64,000 nt of DNA, from positions 536,964-600,963 of the forward strand of contig CAJFCJ010000026.1 of NCBI GenBank assembly GCA_904063045.1. Reading direction: 5' to 3'. Source of the stretch: Dimorphilus gyrociliatus (lineage: Eukaryota; Animalia; Annelida). The notes under the pieces are model-generated. The model was given only the letters and a program-made list of their open reading frames with translations. It was not told where the DNA came from and searched no databases. Below, one piece after another: positions 26,201 through 38,811 of the stretch (position 1 is the stretch's first letter; the number at the start of each line of letters is the position of its first letter). A program made the position numbers and the translations under genes.

Positions 26201-26919
26201 AAAATAACGGAACGTTATCTACAATCTATATAAAGATATGATTAAAAAGAACTTCCATAAACGTGAGACTGATTTATCATTATTTATTAGAAAATTCGAT
26301 TAATTTCCAATTGTTCGATAAAAGTCCATTTGATTCGATTACACCAAAATAAATTTATAATGGTTCGACAGAATGGAATGAAAGTTTTCTAATTAAACAA
26401 GATAATTGTACAGTATCAATAATATTAGTTAGGGCCGTTTTAAAATTACAGCAAAGTTTATGAAAATTGCAAGTTTCTACCTTTGTTACAATTACTTATT
26501 ATCGTGACTGTCTACATATATCTTACATATTTATTATAAATTTAAATATATCCTTTTGTCGGTGATGAAGACGAAGACCTCAATCAAGAGACATTGCAAC
26601 AACAAACTCCCCTGAATAGAATTGACAGTCAGAAAATGTCGCTCGTGTAATGTTCTCTGGATGAAAGACGAAGTTGAATATTTCATGCTGCAACACAAGG
26701 GAGAGAAAGCTGCGAAAAATAGACGATAACGGTCTTTCGAGGATAGAAGAGTCAGTGACGGCGCTTGAAGATATATTTTCCGTCAAATTACTTCAAAATT
26801 TTGTAAGTATAAAATGAATTTAAAAAGAAAAAACAACAACAAAGAATTGGAACGTTCTATTCGCTGCGAATCTTTTAATAATTTCCTGTGATTGAATTTC
26901 GTCCATTTTTTTTTGCGTT

Positions 26920-27775
26920 TTTCTATTAAATTTAGTTTGTCTTTCAAAAATTCCTGATTAGCCGTCCGCCGTCGTGTTCATAACTTCATCAGGTAAATAT
27001 CTATAACATAAAATAATGTCATTACAATGTCATAGCTAAAATATAAATAAATTTTTCGTTAAACTACTACTTTTTCCTGCCTCAGTCCACTATTCTTTAA
27101 TGACTTTCGTCCATCTTTTCAGAAGTGATACTTATCTATGATTTCATTTTTATTACATCTTGAAGAGTGTTGTTTATAACGTATTTCGTATAGAAAATGA
27201 GAAATTTGATGAAAAATCGACTCGAATAAAATGATTGCGTTGAAAATAAAAACTGAGCATTTAGCGCCATCTGCAAGGTAAAAATATTTGTAACAAATTT
27301 GTCAGTCAATTATCGATAAAATTAGCATAAAATTGTGGTTAATATCGATTATAGTATACGTTTTAGTTAGATAAACATACTTAGAAGATGAAAAATGAAG
27401 ATATTGAAATTTGGCATGATCGAGAACGACATCTGGAGGGTAGTATTTTTGGCGGTCATTTTGAAATACTGGATGAAAAGATAAAAATAATGATGTCATG
27501 TCGAGTACCATTTTAAGCGCAACCATTCAAATAACTCTTCATCTTCATTCTTTTGTTTTGATGCTATTATTTGCATCTTCTCTTTATTCGCTCCAAGTTT
27601 GATGTGATTGCAACGATTTCTTTAATGAAATTACTACTTTCTCTTCTAAAAGGTTCCACGACCTTCGCACATCCATACCACAGCCACCTTCTTTTATGGC
27701 CCGTTTCATCTCATCTTGCTTTTCATACTGGATTCGTGGCTCCCTTCGTCTAGAGTGTTAAGACTTTGTCTTCTG
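26920..27775 (+). repeat. Dispersed duplication, blocks in order A (26920-27549) then B (27563-27770)
   Basis: A matches 37070-37695 and B matches 36770-36979 (paired ORFs 27302/37449 and 27571/36724). Confidence 0.9.
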
Positions 27776-27859
27776 TTGTCTATAGTATTAATATTCTCAC
27801 AGATTGTTCCTTGCCTTTCTGACACTTTGATTCGAGACAAACGAAGTCATACCGGACTG

Positions 27860-29250
27860 GAAGAATGTGATGGAAAACATGCTGAGCGACTATGAAGGAG
27901 AATCTGGACAGAAGCCAATGAGGAACAAAGCTAAAGGGCGAGTGTCCAGACTTAAGAAGAAGCATGCAGAATTGGTCAAAACAGCATCAGAGAGTGATGA
28001 TGAACAACCCTAACAAGCTGCGTCAACTAGGTATCTCCGGAAAAGCAAAAAGAAATTGGAAACCCAAAGGGTTGGAAAAAAGGTCTATAGCCTATGATAC
28101 AGAGAACGATGGGGGAGATGAGGATGATCAGGAGGGCAGAAAAAGAGATGGAGCAGGGAGATGTACACTCGGTGCAGGAGATGGAAGATGATATAGGAAA
28201 TGCAACACAGGACGACGTTGAGCAGAAGTCCGATGATGAGAGAGATTTGGCCCATTCCAAGAGCGAGTAGGAACGTAACACAGATGAAGGCCTACAGGAC
28301 AGGAAAGAACTAAACACTACAAGACAGAATAAGACCGCCACAACGCCGCAGTCAAAGATTGACGAAGCTCGGCTAGCCAATGAAAACCTGATTAAGCAAT
28401 TCAGGGAAATGAGAAGAGAATGGGGAATTTGGAGACTAGGATAGAAAATCTGGAGGCGAGCTTGGGCAGGAGGTGGAGACCATGGACAGAAAAATGGAAA
28501 TGTGAGTCGACTCAAAACTAAAGGTGACCGTTAAAGAGGAACAATACGAACTCGTCCTCGCAATAATTGGTAAGGACGTCAGCACTCTCAAAGCCGGAGC
28601 GAAGGAGCTTGAACGTAAAGTTCAGCAGTTGCTACCAACCACTACAGATTCCTACGACCCACCAGTGAGGGAAAGACTGGGCCTCGTTGAGTCACCAAGG
28701 CAACAAAGCCCAGAGCTGCTTTACCAAAAACGACCACATACGGAATTTGAGAGTTGACCTTATTCAATGGCGATATCACTCACTTCAAGGCCTTCATGGA
28801 ACGTCATAAGCAGATAGCGGACCAGTTCGATGTGAGAGATTGGGATAAAGTGGATCTACTGAGTTATTAACCAGGTTATTAAGGGAAATCCAGTCCGAAT
28901 TCAACACCAATCACGCTGGGGAGGGAACCAGGAAACAACTGGAAGTATTGGGGTTGGTTACGACAAGATTTTGTCTGTGCGTTTGGCTTTGGGAGGTATG
29001 GACCAGCAGGATGGTGAAGGAGAAAGGTGAGGTTACCCTGGAACAGATCGCATCATTTGTGGAGGAATATGCAAGGTTCATAAGAATTGTACAATTTACA
29101 GCGCCATCGAATTCTATGGTTCCACAGCACTAGAATAGAGAGCTGAATGTTGATACTCCCCCACGAAGACTGAATGATGGAACAATATGCTTCAACTGCG
29201 GCAATAACCACACAGTTAGGGCATGCCCTCAGCGATGCATGTGGAAATAA
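27860..29250 (+). mobile_element. BEL/Pao gag relic
   Basis: Charged low-complexity N-terminus; LTLFNGDITHFKAFMERHKQI (DUF1759-like, ~28750-28815); zinc knuckle CFNCGNNHTVRACP (~29188-29230). Frameshifted. Confidence 0.7.
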
Positions 29251-31225
29251 ATGGGAAGAGAATGGCTGCTATGATTGATAATTTTAAAGATTATGTGGCC
29301 ATATTGAGTAAAAACAAGGAATTTTCTATCTTTTATGATAACTTCCTCCGTCCACTTGTGACTTAGTCATTTAAGCCTGTGCTGTCTCTCTCCCTCAATT
29401 GGACCCACCATGATATGGATATCCTCGAGTATTACCATACCCCTCCTAGTCCAAGGGTTCCTGGTTTCGAGGTTGGATAATGTGACGGTTTATCTTGAAG
29501 TTGGCTTTTTTCGTGAGGCTACCTTTGAAAGTTTGGGTTCAATTCTTGTTGTAGTTACGATATCACAGCTAAAATATAAACTAATTTTTCTCGCCCGAGA
29601 TCTTTATTCTTTAATGAATTTCGTCCATCTTTTCAGTAGTGATACTTATCTATTCGTTTAGTAACAAGGCAACTCTTTTCCACCAGTTAGGCCAACTTTC
29701 ACTGAAAGTACTTTAGAAATTTACTATGCAGACGGACTCTCTTCAACAAGCCCTGACGTCAATTGACTGTTGATAATTCACCATCCACTAATGATGGTGG
29801 CACAGATAGATCTGAGTCTATCAAGGCAATGATTTCAATTCCAACTCTGGAATCGACGTTACGTAAGGAAAATTAAAAATGTTCTTTAAATTCAAATTTA
29901 TCTCAACAAATAAAGGGCTGTATCTCAAGTTTTACTCATCAAAAACCCTGATATTTCATCATTAGACAAGTCAATAAGTCAATAAAGCTATTCAAGAAAG
30001 TCATTCAAATTCCAGCTATCCTCAAACTAAGGAGAATTTCTCATCGAATGATAGATATCATGACTGGCAGCAGCAGCAGCAGGTCTGTTGAACAAAGTGC
30101 TCTTTTATCGGCTCCAGAATCTTATTCAAATGGGAATAGAACATTCGAATTCTATCTGTGGACGCTATCCTGAAAAAGGGTCAATATATAAATAGATATA
30201 CAAATACCACGTGTGGAGTTTATTCTACGTAATAATCAACGGAAATTTTCAATGATTAAACAAATAATCATAAGTCTAGTTTAGAAATTTTCTTATTTAA
30301 AGAACTCAAGAACCTTTTCATTCTATAAGTTGTTCTTTTTTTTTTGTTCCATAGAACAATCGAACGAAATCGAACAAAAGTGATATATTACTTAAATAAT
30401 CCAAATTGATTATATCTAGATAATAAACTTTATTCAAATTAATAAATGTTTATTATCATCTTTATATTAGCTTTAATAGAATAAAACTTACCGCTTATAT
30501 TAACACTCGTGTGCGTAAATGTTTATCTGATCATACGAATTATTACCAACATCGATGAGAAGGGTGTTAAGTCTGGCAAATCCTTAATTTGCCCACAATT
30601 AGTTTCGAAATCTTTGGACCCAACTGACGAACATATAGACATAAAGAACTTGAAGAAAAGCTTTACCCAAGCCATAGAAAGACTGTACGGAAATTTTAAT
30701 AATGGACCTTAAACCTAATCCTGCCTTTATAGAATACAGCAGTCTATATGGAAGCTGCAATTAAAGATTTGGATCAAAGACTTCTGTATACTGTATACTG
30801 AGGATGGGAAAGATATTTTGTTATTCTCAACTGTTCCCCCTCTCTTATTTATGAAAAATAACCTTCTACTCTCTCCTAATCTTTTCGTAAGAGTGATAAT
30901 CAGGATAAGAATTTTCGATAACTTAAGAATTCCAAAGTCATCATAGTAAATCTTGTTCGTCTTTTCCATTCGCTGTAAGAATGTAAGAATTTGAGTGTGC
31001 TCTATGCATTCTGAATTGATTAGAAATTTCTCCCTTCTCTTACAGTCCCCCTCCTCCAACAGGAGAAAGCAACTACTTGACAAATTTCTCATGCAGGATA
31101 AAGAAATGACTTGACAAGACCACAGATCAACTAATCGCCTTTAATCCGCGTACATACGGTCAATAAGATTGATTGATGCATAATCTCTAAGGATAATCTC
31201 TTTCTAAACGATTATTGCAGTTTAT

Positions 31226-31228
<3 letters not shown>

Positions 31229-31259
<31 letters not shown>
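31229..31259. repeat. (AG)n microsatellite
   Basis: Direct reading. Confidence 0.95.
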
Positions 31260-31263
<4 letters not shown>

Positions 31264-31457
31264 GTGTTGAACTGCAATAATAGTTGCGATTCGTACAATA
31301 TCCTACAAAGTAGGCTACATTTTTTTATTTTGCAACCTCTACCAATGTATTGAAATTTGCAGTCTTGCTATGAAATTAACCGTGAAAATATGTCAGCCAC
31401 GACAGGTAACTTCTTCCAATTCTTTCCATTGTTACCAAATCTTTCAGGTCATCTTCT

Positions 31458-31772
31458 TCATTCTTCTTGAGTGTGACAGCAGGCAATCGCGAACTGCAAG
31501 AAACGCGTCCAATTGAAAAAAGTATTTTCTGCCATGTCTTCTGCCATCAGTTCTTGAGAAGCTTCAAAAGCAGCCGCTGAATCGCAGGCTGAGATCCAAT
31601 TATCAAAATCATCCAAGATTGTTCTTTCTAAAATCTCGAATTGGGTATAAAGATGGGGATAGTAACAGCTATCTTCCTCGTTTTCTGGCATTAGTTCTAC
31701 AGCAGTATCAATGGCAATTCCAAGGCAATATTCTCCCACATCCAGTCCATATTCGTTGCAAAAATATATCAT
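31458..31772 (-). other. Coding-like acidic ORF fragment within a degenerate stretch extending to ~32280; unidentified
   Basis: 104 aa with protein-like composition; upstream minus-strand frames are also protein-like but interrupted. No motif recognised. Confidence 0.3.
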
Positions 31773-32943
31773 AGTGTAGATTATAGATCTAAAAATGTTG
31801 ATGACTTCTTTAACTTTGCTAGAAGATAATTAATGTCTTGATGGTCCATTTGCCGTCTTTCGTCGCAGAAGGGCCAGTTGTCATTCACTAAACCTTTTCA
31901 GTCATGAAGTATTCTTCTGTTCAGATAATAAGAGGATTATCAAGATTATCCCTACCAGTATGGAGATGATATAATTTTGAACCCATCCAGAAATACGGAA
32001 TCTTCCAAAGCATATTTTATAGATAACATAATTGGAAAGCAATTAGAAAGGTGAGACGCTATATGCAAAATAGTTCGCCTCTCCGGTAGAACTTCTTTTA
32101 CAATGTCGAATGAAAGAATTGCCTTTTCACTTGGTGTTGGCCACTTTAAAAGTCAACTAATGTTTAACAATTAGACGACGAGTAACAGCATCAAAGGTAC
32201 AATCAGCGCCAGTTGCTCCACGTCTATATAAATCAAATAATAGAGGAGATTCTCCCATCATGAAGTAGAGCATGTACATTTCCGGGAATTACATTTTTAA
32301 AGGTGATTAACAATTGAGTGGTCAGCTAAAGAGTTAGTCGAAATGCTTAAAAATGGATGGAAACTTTTAGCTTTTTCCTTGGAGATTATCTTCTCATGCA
32401 CTAAAAATGAAATGATTTTTCAGATATAAAAAACATCAAAACATTATAGATTAACTATAATTTTTGGTTAGTTAACCTTAAATTAGCCCTTTTAATGGTA
32501 CAGAGTGAAATTATCGCTCAGACTCTCTCTCTCTCTATTCTCGTTCTTTAACAAGCTGATAAATCGTTGATAACTTTTGTCAAAGGGATTCCATAAAAAT
32601 CCTTTAATGATAAGCTAATATGATAAAATAGTTTAAATTAAATTTCATTTACCTTCGATTTTATCCATTCTTCTCCTATGGAATCTCAAAATTAGATTTC
32701 ATCAGAAACCATGATGATAGAGATCAGAGATTACATTCTTTTATCAATCGGCAGAGTATATAAATTAACTTTGTAAAAAAAAAAAAACAATAAAAAACAA
32801 TGTTTTATAAACTTTTTCTTAAATTATTTAAGTAGAAATAAAAAATTAAAAACACCAGTTTTTATTTTTTAAACCGGAAGCTATCGTTCGAAAATTAGAG
32901 CAAAGCTCAACACTTTCTTGAAAACTTTCATTGGAGGCACTCA

Positions 32944-33726
32944 ATGAGAGGTGAAGAGGAAAATAATTCATTGGAAATGTGCGATATGACAGAATTAAAT
33001 GAAGAAACGACAACTAGATTGATTAAATTGGTAAAGATAAATCCGATTATTTGGGAATCAATGAGCTGTAATAAAAAGGATGAGGAAGTTGTTTGGAAAG
33101 GTATTGGAAATCAATTAGGACTCACAGGAAATCGAGCTAAGCAAGTATTTGACAAATTAAGAGAATGTTTCTATCAAGATGTTAACCGACAAGACGTGGG
33201 AGATGCTGATAAGTTCGATAAAATTAATCCATATTGGAAATTCTTTCCATTACTTAATTTTCTTAAACCGAAGAAAGCATCCAAACCAATACTGATTAGG
33301 AATCATTCGCCAAGGGAAAAGAGACCAAGAGTAGGAGGTGATTTCGAAGATACGTACGGATCGGAGTCGTTGTCAACTCGAACGTCTACTGCTACTTCTC
33401 CAACTTTTACTGAAGGATCTACAACTACAACGGGAAAGAGAAGAGTTTTTGATGAGAAGGATATGTAAGTTTTTTCTTACCTCAAATTTAGTTGTCTTCA
33501 CCTTCCGATTTTCTTCATTTTCCTTTTCTGTTGTTGTTTTTCTTATAGGCATACGTACTTTATGCAATTCCTAAACGAAAGTAAGAAGAGCATTGACGAA
33601 GATGAGATTTTTGCAAATTTTTTGTATACGGAGATTAAAAAACTACCAACAGCGTCTAAAGATGAGCTAAAATGGAAAATTCATTCTCTAATTAGAGACG
33701 AAAAACAAAGGATCATCTCCTGCTGA
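32944..33726 (+). CDS. MADF-BESS DNA-binding protein, 2 exons (32944-33464, 33549-33726)
   Basis: MADF pattern RLIKLVKINPIIWE...W..IG..LG....KQVFDKLRECF...YWKFFPLLNFL. GTAAGT donor 33465 and TAG acceptor 33548 join in frame to BESS-like DEDEIFANFLYTEIKKLPTASKDELKWKIHSLI. Confidence 0.88.
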
Positions 33727-35249
33727 TTGTATTAGTTTACATATAAAATCTTATTAGTTTAATATATCTGAAAGACATATTTCTGTACATTAAATGCGTA
33801 TTTCTACTTATATAATTAGATATTTTAACTTAAACCAATGTACTAATAATAAACTAAAGAAGAATTAAGAACAAAACCAAACGAACGAAGGGAACTCGTC
33901 GAAAAATTAATTAATTAGTCTTTTTTTTATGTCAGTTACGTTGACTATTCAGTTGGTTAATTAGTTACTCACATCTAATATTCCTAACAAGTTTAGTATT
34001 GTAACGAATAGCTATATATATATATATATACAATATATATTGTACAGCCTTGTATTCTTCAGGTTCTCAGCAACCCCATCTGCAATCTTAAACAATCGAA
34101 TTTGTTTCTACCGAAAGAATTATCTCTTAATAAAATCGATCTTCTATTTATTTTCATTTAGAGAATTATTAAACCTTAAAAAAAAAATTCTACGTCTAAA
34201 AAAACGGAAGCGTTAGATTACAAAGGTGGCGTTTCGGATCAGCAAACGGTCTTTTTCAAATTTGGTTCCATCGCGGGAACATGATTGTCAACGAAATAAA
34301 TTGCGTAAGTCTTTTATGTTCATTTCATCTATACAAAAAAAAGGAGTTTAATAAATAATAGAATCCAATAATTGAGTTATTCTCATCGAAAGCTTTTTTC
34401 CAGAAATTTTTTATTAACAAAATGACAAATATAGGCTAAACGCAAAACTTTGAAAACATTATTTTAATATATAAATATTGTAAAAAACTAATTCATATAA
34501 CATTATCCAGACGAATTAATGTAAATTTGCTTTTGAGAACAGTGGAAACTTTAAGGAATTAACAATTCAACAGAAGAAGTTCCTTCTTGGACGCCATCTT
34601 GAAAAAAGAATTATTTGTTTTTGTTCTGGAATAAATAAGAGGGAAAAGATTTTAAAAGTATTTCTACTTAATAAGTAAGTTTTTTATTAGTACTTTTAAA
34701 AAAAATGACAAATAATTATGATTACATCAATACGGCAAGTTGAAGTATCCAATGATATTTTATATTTCTTAGCTATGACATTAAGTAGTTAGCAATTTAA
34801 ATTCACAATAAAAAAAAAAACAGTTACGTCTAGTTTTCTTTTCCATTTTAGCCGAATAAGAAAAACACAGCAAGAGGGAAAGATAATCAAAAAAAAAAAA
34901 GGTAAAGCTTCCCCGAAATCATTTCAACATTTCGATATTCGTACTCCCTGATGAAACTTTGTGCTTCGGAATCTGAAAATTTTAGGTCCATGAATATATT
35001 AGAATAAATTCTGATTGAGAAATCGTATTAGAAAATTCTGGAAAAGTCACTTAAACGTAATATTACGCATTCTCTTTATTTTTTCTAAACAGGTATAGAA
35101 TGATTACGAAAGAGGAGGATAAGAAATTTACCGAAAATACAAATTACGTATTGAAATCTATTGACTGTAGAAATTGAAGATAAATATTACAAGATTATCT
35201 TTATCTTCTTTCAAATATGTAGTTGATTCTGAAGTCTCTACTCGACAGA

Positions 35250-36060
35250 GTAGACCACCCGTATTGTCTTTTAGCCTCTCAATCGAAAAGTGTTCTCCGT
35301 GATACATTCACAATCCTCCATGCATTTTCAATGGGAATAACATCTGGGCTGTTGGCAGACCATTCTAGAATGCCTAAATTCTTAAGCATTGCCTTCGAAG
35401 AATGAACGATAATCTCTTTGAGCACAAGAATTCAAGACAAGCAACCTATCATGTCAATTTGGTTCTTCCTCCTCAATTCATTTATTGTTTACGTTTTTAA
35501 TATTTGTTATCTTTGTAACAAAGACTTTTTTAAAAAACTTTTTAACGGCTAAGTTTTTATTTTTTCTTGTTTTTAAAACTTCTTGATATTTTCAACTGTA
35601 CCCATTGTAAAGGGCAATAGCCCTGTCTCTATTTGACTTTATACAACCCCCAGATAGATATTGCCCCATTCGGACAAATATTAGTCGTTTTGGAAATGCT
35701 GCATGCGTAAGAAAAAATAATATTCTCTGTGTCTTTCTGGTCTTTCTCCAACATACTTATGATACAACCTCATCCGTTATTTGTCTTGATTTCAGGGCTG
35801 GTTTACAATCAGTAATCTAGCCTCGTAGCCCATTCCTCCTCAAGATCCTTTTGAGATAACTATCCCTAAATCTCGATTCTTGATATATTGCAAAGGAACC
35901 GGCTCTAATTTTCTGCGGCGTTTTTAAATTTGCCACAGTGCCATATTTTAAATATTTTTTCGATATTTTTTGAATGACTCCTCTATAAGGCTTTTTGGAT
36001 CTTAACCTGGAATGCCTTGTCTAGCATCTTTTCAACTGCTAGTTTTCTTGAATCTCATGC
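35250..36060 (-). pseudogene. Tc1/mariner transposase relic
   Basis: KYGTVANL (HTH region), SYLKRILRRNGLRG, MIGCLS and LGILEWSANSPDVIPIENAW (WPxxSPDLNPIE motif) in order, with stops and deletions. Confidence 0.85.
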
Positions 36061-36769
36061 TTATCCTCATTTTTTATCTACTATATAGTATCATTTTTAA
36101 ATGAAATTTCGATCATCTCAAGTTCTATTTTTATTCTTTATAGTCATTCCACAGCCTTTATTTTCTAATTTTCAGCAAAAAAAGCTGTGTTGATAGTACA
36201 AACATCTGTAAATAATATTAAGGAGATAAAAAACGAAAATATTGAAATTTCGTTCGAGTGATAGCGACATCTGTAGTTGTAGTTTACGAGTTCGTTTTCA
36301 AATACTGGATTATAAGATAAAACAATCTACGCATTCCGTAATTGCAAAAGTTTTAATAGTGTAGAATGAAATTGCCAATGTCGTTTTCAATTGTTTCAAT
36401 ATATTGTTTTTGACCAAATCAACAACTTTTAAACATTTTCATTTATTCTACATCAACAATTCATTGGTAAAGAGTCTATCTTCATGGTTTTCTACCTTTT
36501 ATTTATCCAGTCAAAATGTATTTTCTTTCTCTTCTCCACGTTCTACTTCTGTAATTTTGCTTTTAAATGTATCTTCTTTTTTAACAAATTACCATTTATT
36601 GTCAGTATTCAAAATGCGTTCAGCCTATCATTATAACAATCTTCAAGTTTTTCTAAAATATTCAGTACATAGTACAAATATACCGCCTTTCTAAAATTCC
36701 ATCACGTGCGATAATGTTTTGTTTTGACAAATACGTCAAATAGATGGAAATACATGATATGCTTTGCTT

Positions 36770-37695
36770 GCTATTATTTGCATCTTCTCTTTATTCGCTT
36801 CAAGTTTGATGTGATTGCAACGATTTCTTTAATGAAATTACTACTTTCTCTTCTAAAAGGTCCCACGACCTTCGCACATCCATACCACAGCCACCTTCTT
36901 TTATGGCCCGTTTCATCTCATCTTGCTTTTCATACTGGATTCGTGGCTTCCTTCGTCTAGAGTGTTAAGACTTTGTCTTATGTTTATTTTTTTGCGTTAA
37001 AAAAATAAATCATGTGGTTTATTCGATTTCTCTTCTTTCAGCATCCTTTCAAATTGTACTTTATATAATCTATTGAATTTAGTTTGTCTTTCAAAAAATC
37101 CTCATTAGCCATCCATCGTCGTGTTCATAACTTCATCAGGTAAATATCTATAATATAAATTAATGTCATTATAATGTCATAGCTAAAATATAAATGATTT
37201 TTTCATCAAATTACTACTTTTTCCCGCCTCAGTCCACTATTCTTTAATGAATTTCGTCCATCTTTTCAGAAGTGATACTTATCTATGATGTCATTTTTAT
37301 TACACATTGAAGAGTGTTGTTTATAACGTATTTCGTATAGAAAATGAGAAATTTGATGAAAAATCGACTCGAATAAAATGATTGCGTTGAAAAAAAAAAC
37401 TGAGCATTTAGCGCCATCTGCAAGGTAAAAATATTTGTAACAAATTTGTCAGTCAATTATGCACAAAATTAACATGAAATTGTGGTTAAAATCAATTATA
37501 GTATACGTTTTAGTTAGATAAACATACTTAGAAGATGAAAAATGAAGATATTGAAATTTGGCATGATCGAGAACGACATCTGGAGGGTAGTATTTTTGGC
37601 GGTCATTTTGAAATACTGGATGAAAAGATAAAAATAATGATGTCATGTCGAGTACCATTTTAAGCGCAACCATTCAAATAACTCTTCATCTTCAT
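36770..37695 (+). repeat. Dispersed duplication, blocks in order B then A
   Basis: Same blocks as 26920-27775 in swapped order, separated by ~90 bp. Confidence 0.9.
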
Positions 37696-38290
37696 TTTTT
37701 AGTTTTGATTTTCTTATTTTGAGTAAATGTTCCATGATAGTATTTACATCTTTTTTTATGCGTTCAAAGAGATATTGTCAGTAGTTATATTCAGTATAGA
37801 TGAAATTATACTGTTACGTCGTGTCTTTTCTTATCCATAGTTTATTTTAACGTTTCTCTTTAATTCTTTATTATTTAGACAGCCATCAACTGTGTGAATG
37901 CTTGCGCCATCAGATATTTTGTTCATCTTCATATCGAAATAGAATTATTCTAATCCTGATAGGCTTTTGTAGCAAAGAATGGATTTTGCGTCTTTAATTT
38001 CGTCAGAAAGTCTATGCAGCAAATCAAGAGAGTTGAAAAATATCTCTAGTTCTATATAATCCTTGGGTTAAGACGATTAAAACATATTTTTAGACGAAAT
38101 AGAAAATCTTCTCAAAAGCTTTGTAATCTATATGATGGCCTGCAATATGAAAGATAAAAATCATTCTATATTCCAGGAATAATCATTTTGAATAATCATG
38201 ACGTTTAACATAAATTACAGAGTAATTTTCTTTATAAAAATTGATTAAAATATTTAGCGAAAAAAACTAAGGTCAATGTCACATTAATGC

Positions 38291-38811
38291 ATGGCGGTAA
38301 TTGGCCATTTTGATGGAATGGATATGAAACGAGGAGGTTCGATTTGCCAGGCAGTAAATTGCTCCAAAACAACAAAGAATAACCGCGAAGTTCACTTTCA
38401 TCGATTTCCAAAAGATATAAATAGGTTTAGTAATTTTATTTTTTTTAAATAATTATTTTCGATTAGGTCGATTTTTATCTCGTATCTCATTTATCGTTAT
38501 CGAATAGAGTAAAGCAATGGGTTTTCGACCTAAGGAATATAAAATTGATTAATGACTTTAAAAGAGATCCAAAAGTATTATGGAATAGAAGAGTATGCTC
38601 TGACCACTTTTCGCCGGATGCTTACACTTCTAAAGATGGTAATAGGCTACTACCAACAGCAAGACCTTTAATAGATAAAAGGATGATTCCTAACATTCAA
38701 ACTACTGATCTTTTTATAAACATTGCTAAGTCAAAAGCAGCAGCGTCTGATAATCCTGTTATTGATACGAAACAAATTGAAGAGAAGAACATGTTCGGTT
38801 GTGAAAGTTGA
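38291..38811 (+). CDS. THAP zinc-finger protein, 2 exons (38291-38424, 38508-38811), ~145 aa
   Basis: CQAVNC...FHRFPKD + RVKQW...VCSDHF...LLPTARP: all C2CH THAP hallmarks once the 83 bp GT-AG intron is removed. Confidence 0.88.

Noticed and set aside
28027-28515. 162 aa minus-strand ORF as a gene
   Set aside because: It is the antisense shadow of the purine-rich gag-like sequence on the plus strand.
30727-31092. Tyrosine recombinase, suggested by LFFINKRG
   Set aside because: No R...HxxR...Y catalytic set is visible; a single short motif is insufficient.
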